43,433 nt of DNA from Alphaproteobacteria bacterium UBA3650 (GTDB taxonomy: Bacteria; Pseudomonadota; Alphaproteobacteria; CAAHEQ01; UBA3637): positions 1 through 43,433 of the forward strand of contig DFKH01000096.1 in assembly GCA_002373815.1 (NCBI GenBank), in the 5' to 3' direction. The position numbers were made by a program, and so were the translations under genes. The notes under the pieces were generated by a model. It made no database searches. It saw only the letters and a list, made by a program, of their open reading frames with translations, and had not been told where the DNA came from. How positions within the stretch are numbered: position 1 is the first letter of the stretch; each line of letters begins with the position of its first letter. Of the stretch, positions 42,888 through 43,433 are shown piece by piece.

Positions 42888-43433
42888 TTAAACTTTCACA
42901 GCATACCCCGCAGAACGCACTGTCCGTATAAGTTCAGAATCATCATCTTCCAAATTACGGCGCAACCGACGAATATGTACATCCACTGTTCTGGGTTCCA
43001 CAAAAACACTATCTCCCCATATCAGCTTCAACAATTCTTCACGCGAAAAAACGTGTCCAGGCTGTTCCATCAAAATAGCAAGCAACCGAAACTCTGTCGG
43101 TCCCATATGAATAGCTTCCCCTTCTTTTAAAACAAGTTTTTTGTCAAAATCAAGCGACAACACCCCTGCTTTTAAAATCTTTGTTTTGGGCTTGATGACC
43201 ACACGACGCAATAACGCTTGAATTCTGGCAATCAATTCAGGCACAGAAAAAGGCTTCGTCATATAATCATCCGCCCCATAGGAAAGCCCGCGCACTTTAT
43301 CAGCTTCCTCAGCACGCGCTGTCACCATAATAATAGGTGTCAATTTTACCTCTGGATGCTGACGAATTTCACGACACAAATCAACACCAGACACATTAGG
43401 AAGCATCCAATCCATCAAAATCAAATCTGGTTT
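42888..43433 (-). CDS. phoB: OmpR-family response regulator, PhoB-like, N-terminus outside the window
   Basis: The frame is open to the window edge (KPDLILMDWMLPNVSG). It closely parallels E. coli PhoB through the receiver domain and the winged-helix domain (TVDVHIRRLRRNL). Confidence 0.8.
   Translation of the reverse strand, partial: KPDLILMDWMLPNVSGVDLCREIRQHPEVKLTPIIMVTARAEEADKVRGLSYGADDYMTKPFSVPELIARIQALLRRVVIKPKTKILKAGVLSLDFDKKLVLKEGEAIHMGPTEFRLLAILMEQPGHVFSREELLKLIWGDSVFVEPRTVDVHIRRLRRNLEDDDSELIRTVRSAGYAVKV

Noticed and set aside
1-43433. CRISPR arrays, IS elements or transposases, integrases, prophage genes, rRNA genes.
   Set aside because: No regularly spaced direct repeats, no inverted-repeat-flanked transposase-like ORF and no rRNA-like sequence were seen on either strand. 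I could only scan by eye, so short or degenerate repeats could have been missed.

Overview
The window reads as a low-GC (about 40% by eye) alphaproteobacterial chromosome segment. The evidence for that placement is an lpxD-lpxA-lpxI-lpxB cluster, a GAAC-N7-GAAC SOS box in front of recA, and an FtsZ with a long proline-rich linker. The Sel1-repeat and RNI-type LRR proteins hint at a host-associated lifestyle, possibly a Holosporales- or Rickettsiales-like symbiont, but that is only an inference.

The window is mostly core genes:
- ftsA (5' truncated by the window edge) and ftsZ
- accA
- rpsT
- cdsA-rseP-bamA-skp-lpxD-lpxA-lpxI-lpxB
- one long minus-strand translation block: rpsB, an unknown ORF, tsf, frr, uppS, rimP, nusA, ylxR, infB, rbfA, truB, rpsO, pnp
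- recA, a short alaS, tRNA-Ser(GCU), thrS, and phoB (5' truncated by the window edge)

I saw no transposase, integrase, CRISPR array or rRNA.

The non-core items are the most interesting part:
1. An orphan VirB11/PilT-family ATPase with a roughly 190-aa disordered N-terminus, translationally coupled to a 60-aa two-helix membrane peptide. No other secretion or pilus genes are nearby.
2. An unknown 198-aa ORF wedged into the normally invariant rpsB-tsf junction and coupled on both sides.
3. A promoter-to-terminator structured RNA of about 170 nt, with alternative pairings, upstream of a tiny lipoprotein gene.
4. A tandem-duplicated HNH-module protein co-oriented with phoB.
5. A truncated-architecture AlaRS.
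6. An LRR protein gene 32 nt downstream of tRNA-Ser.

Many genes are preceded by near-consensus sigma70-type promoters with exactly 17-nt spacers. All functional calls come from motif recognition by eye in the supplied translations. No database search was run.
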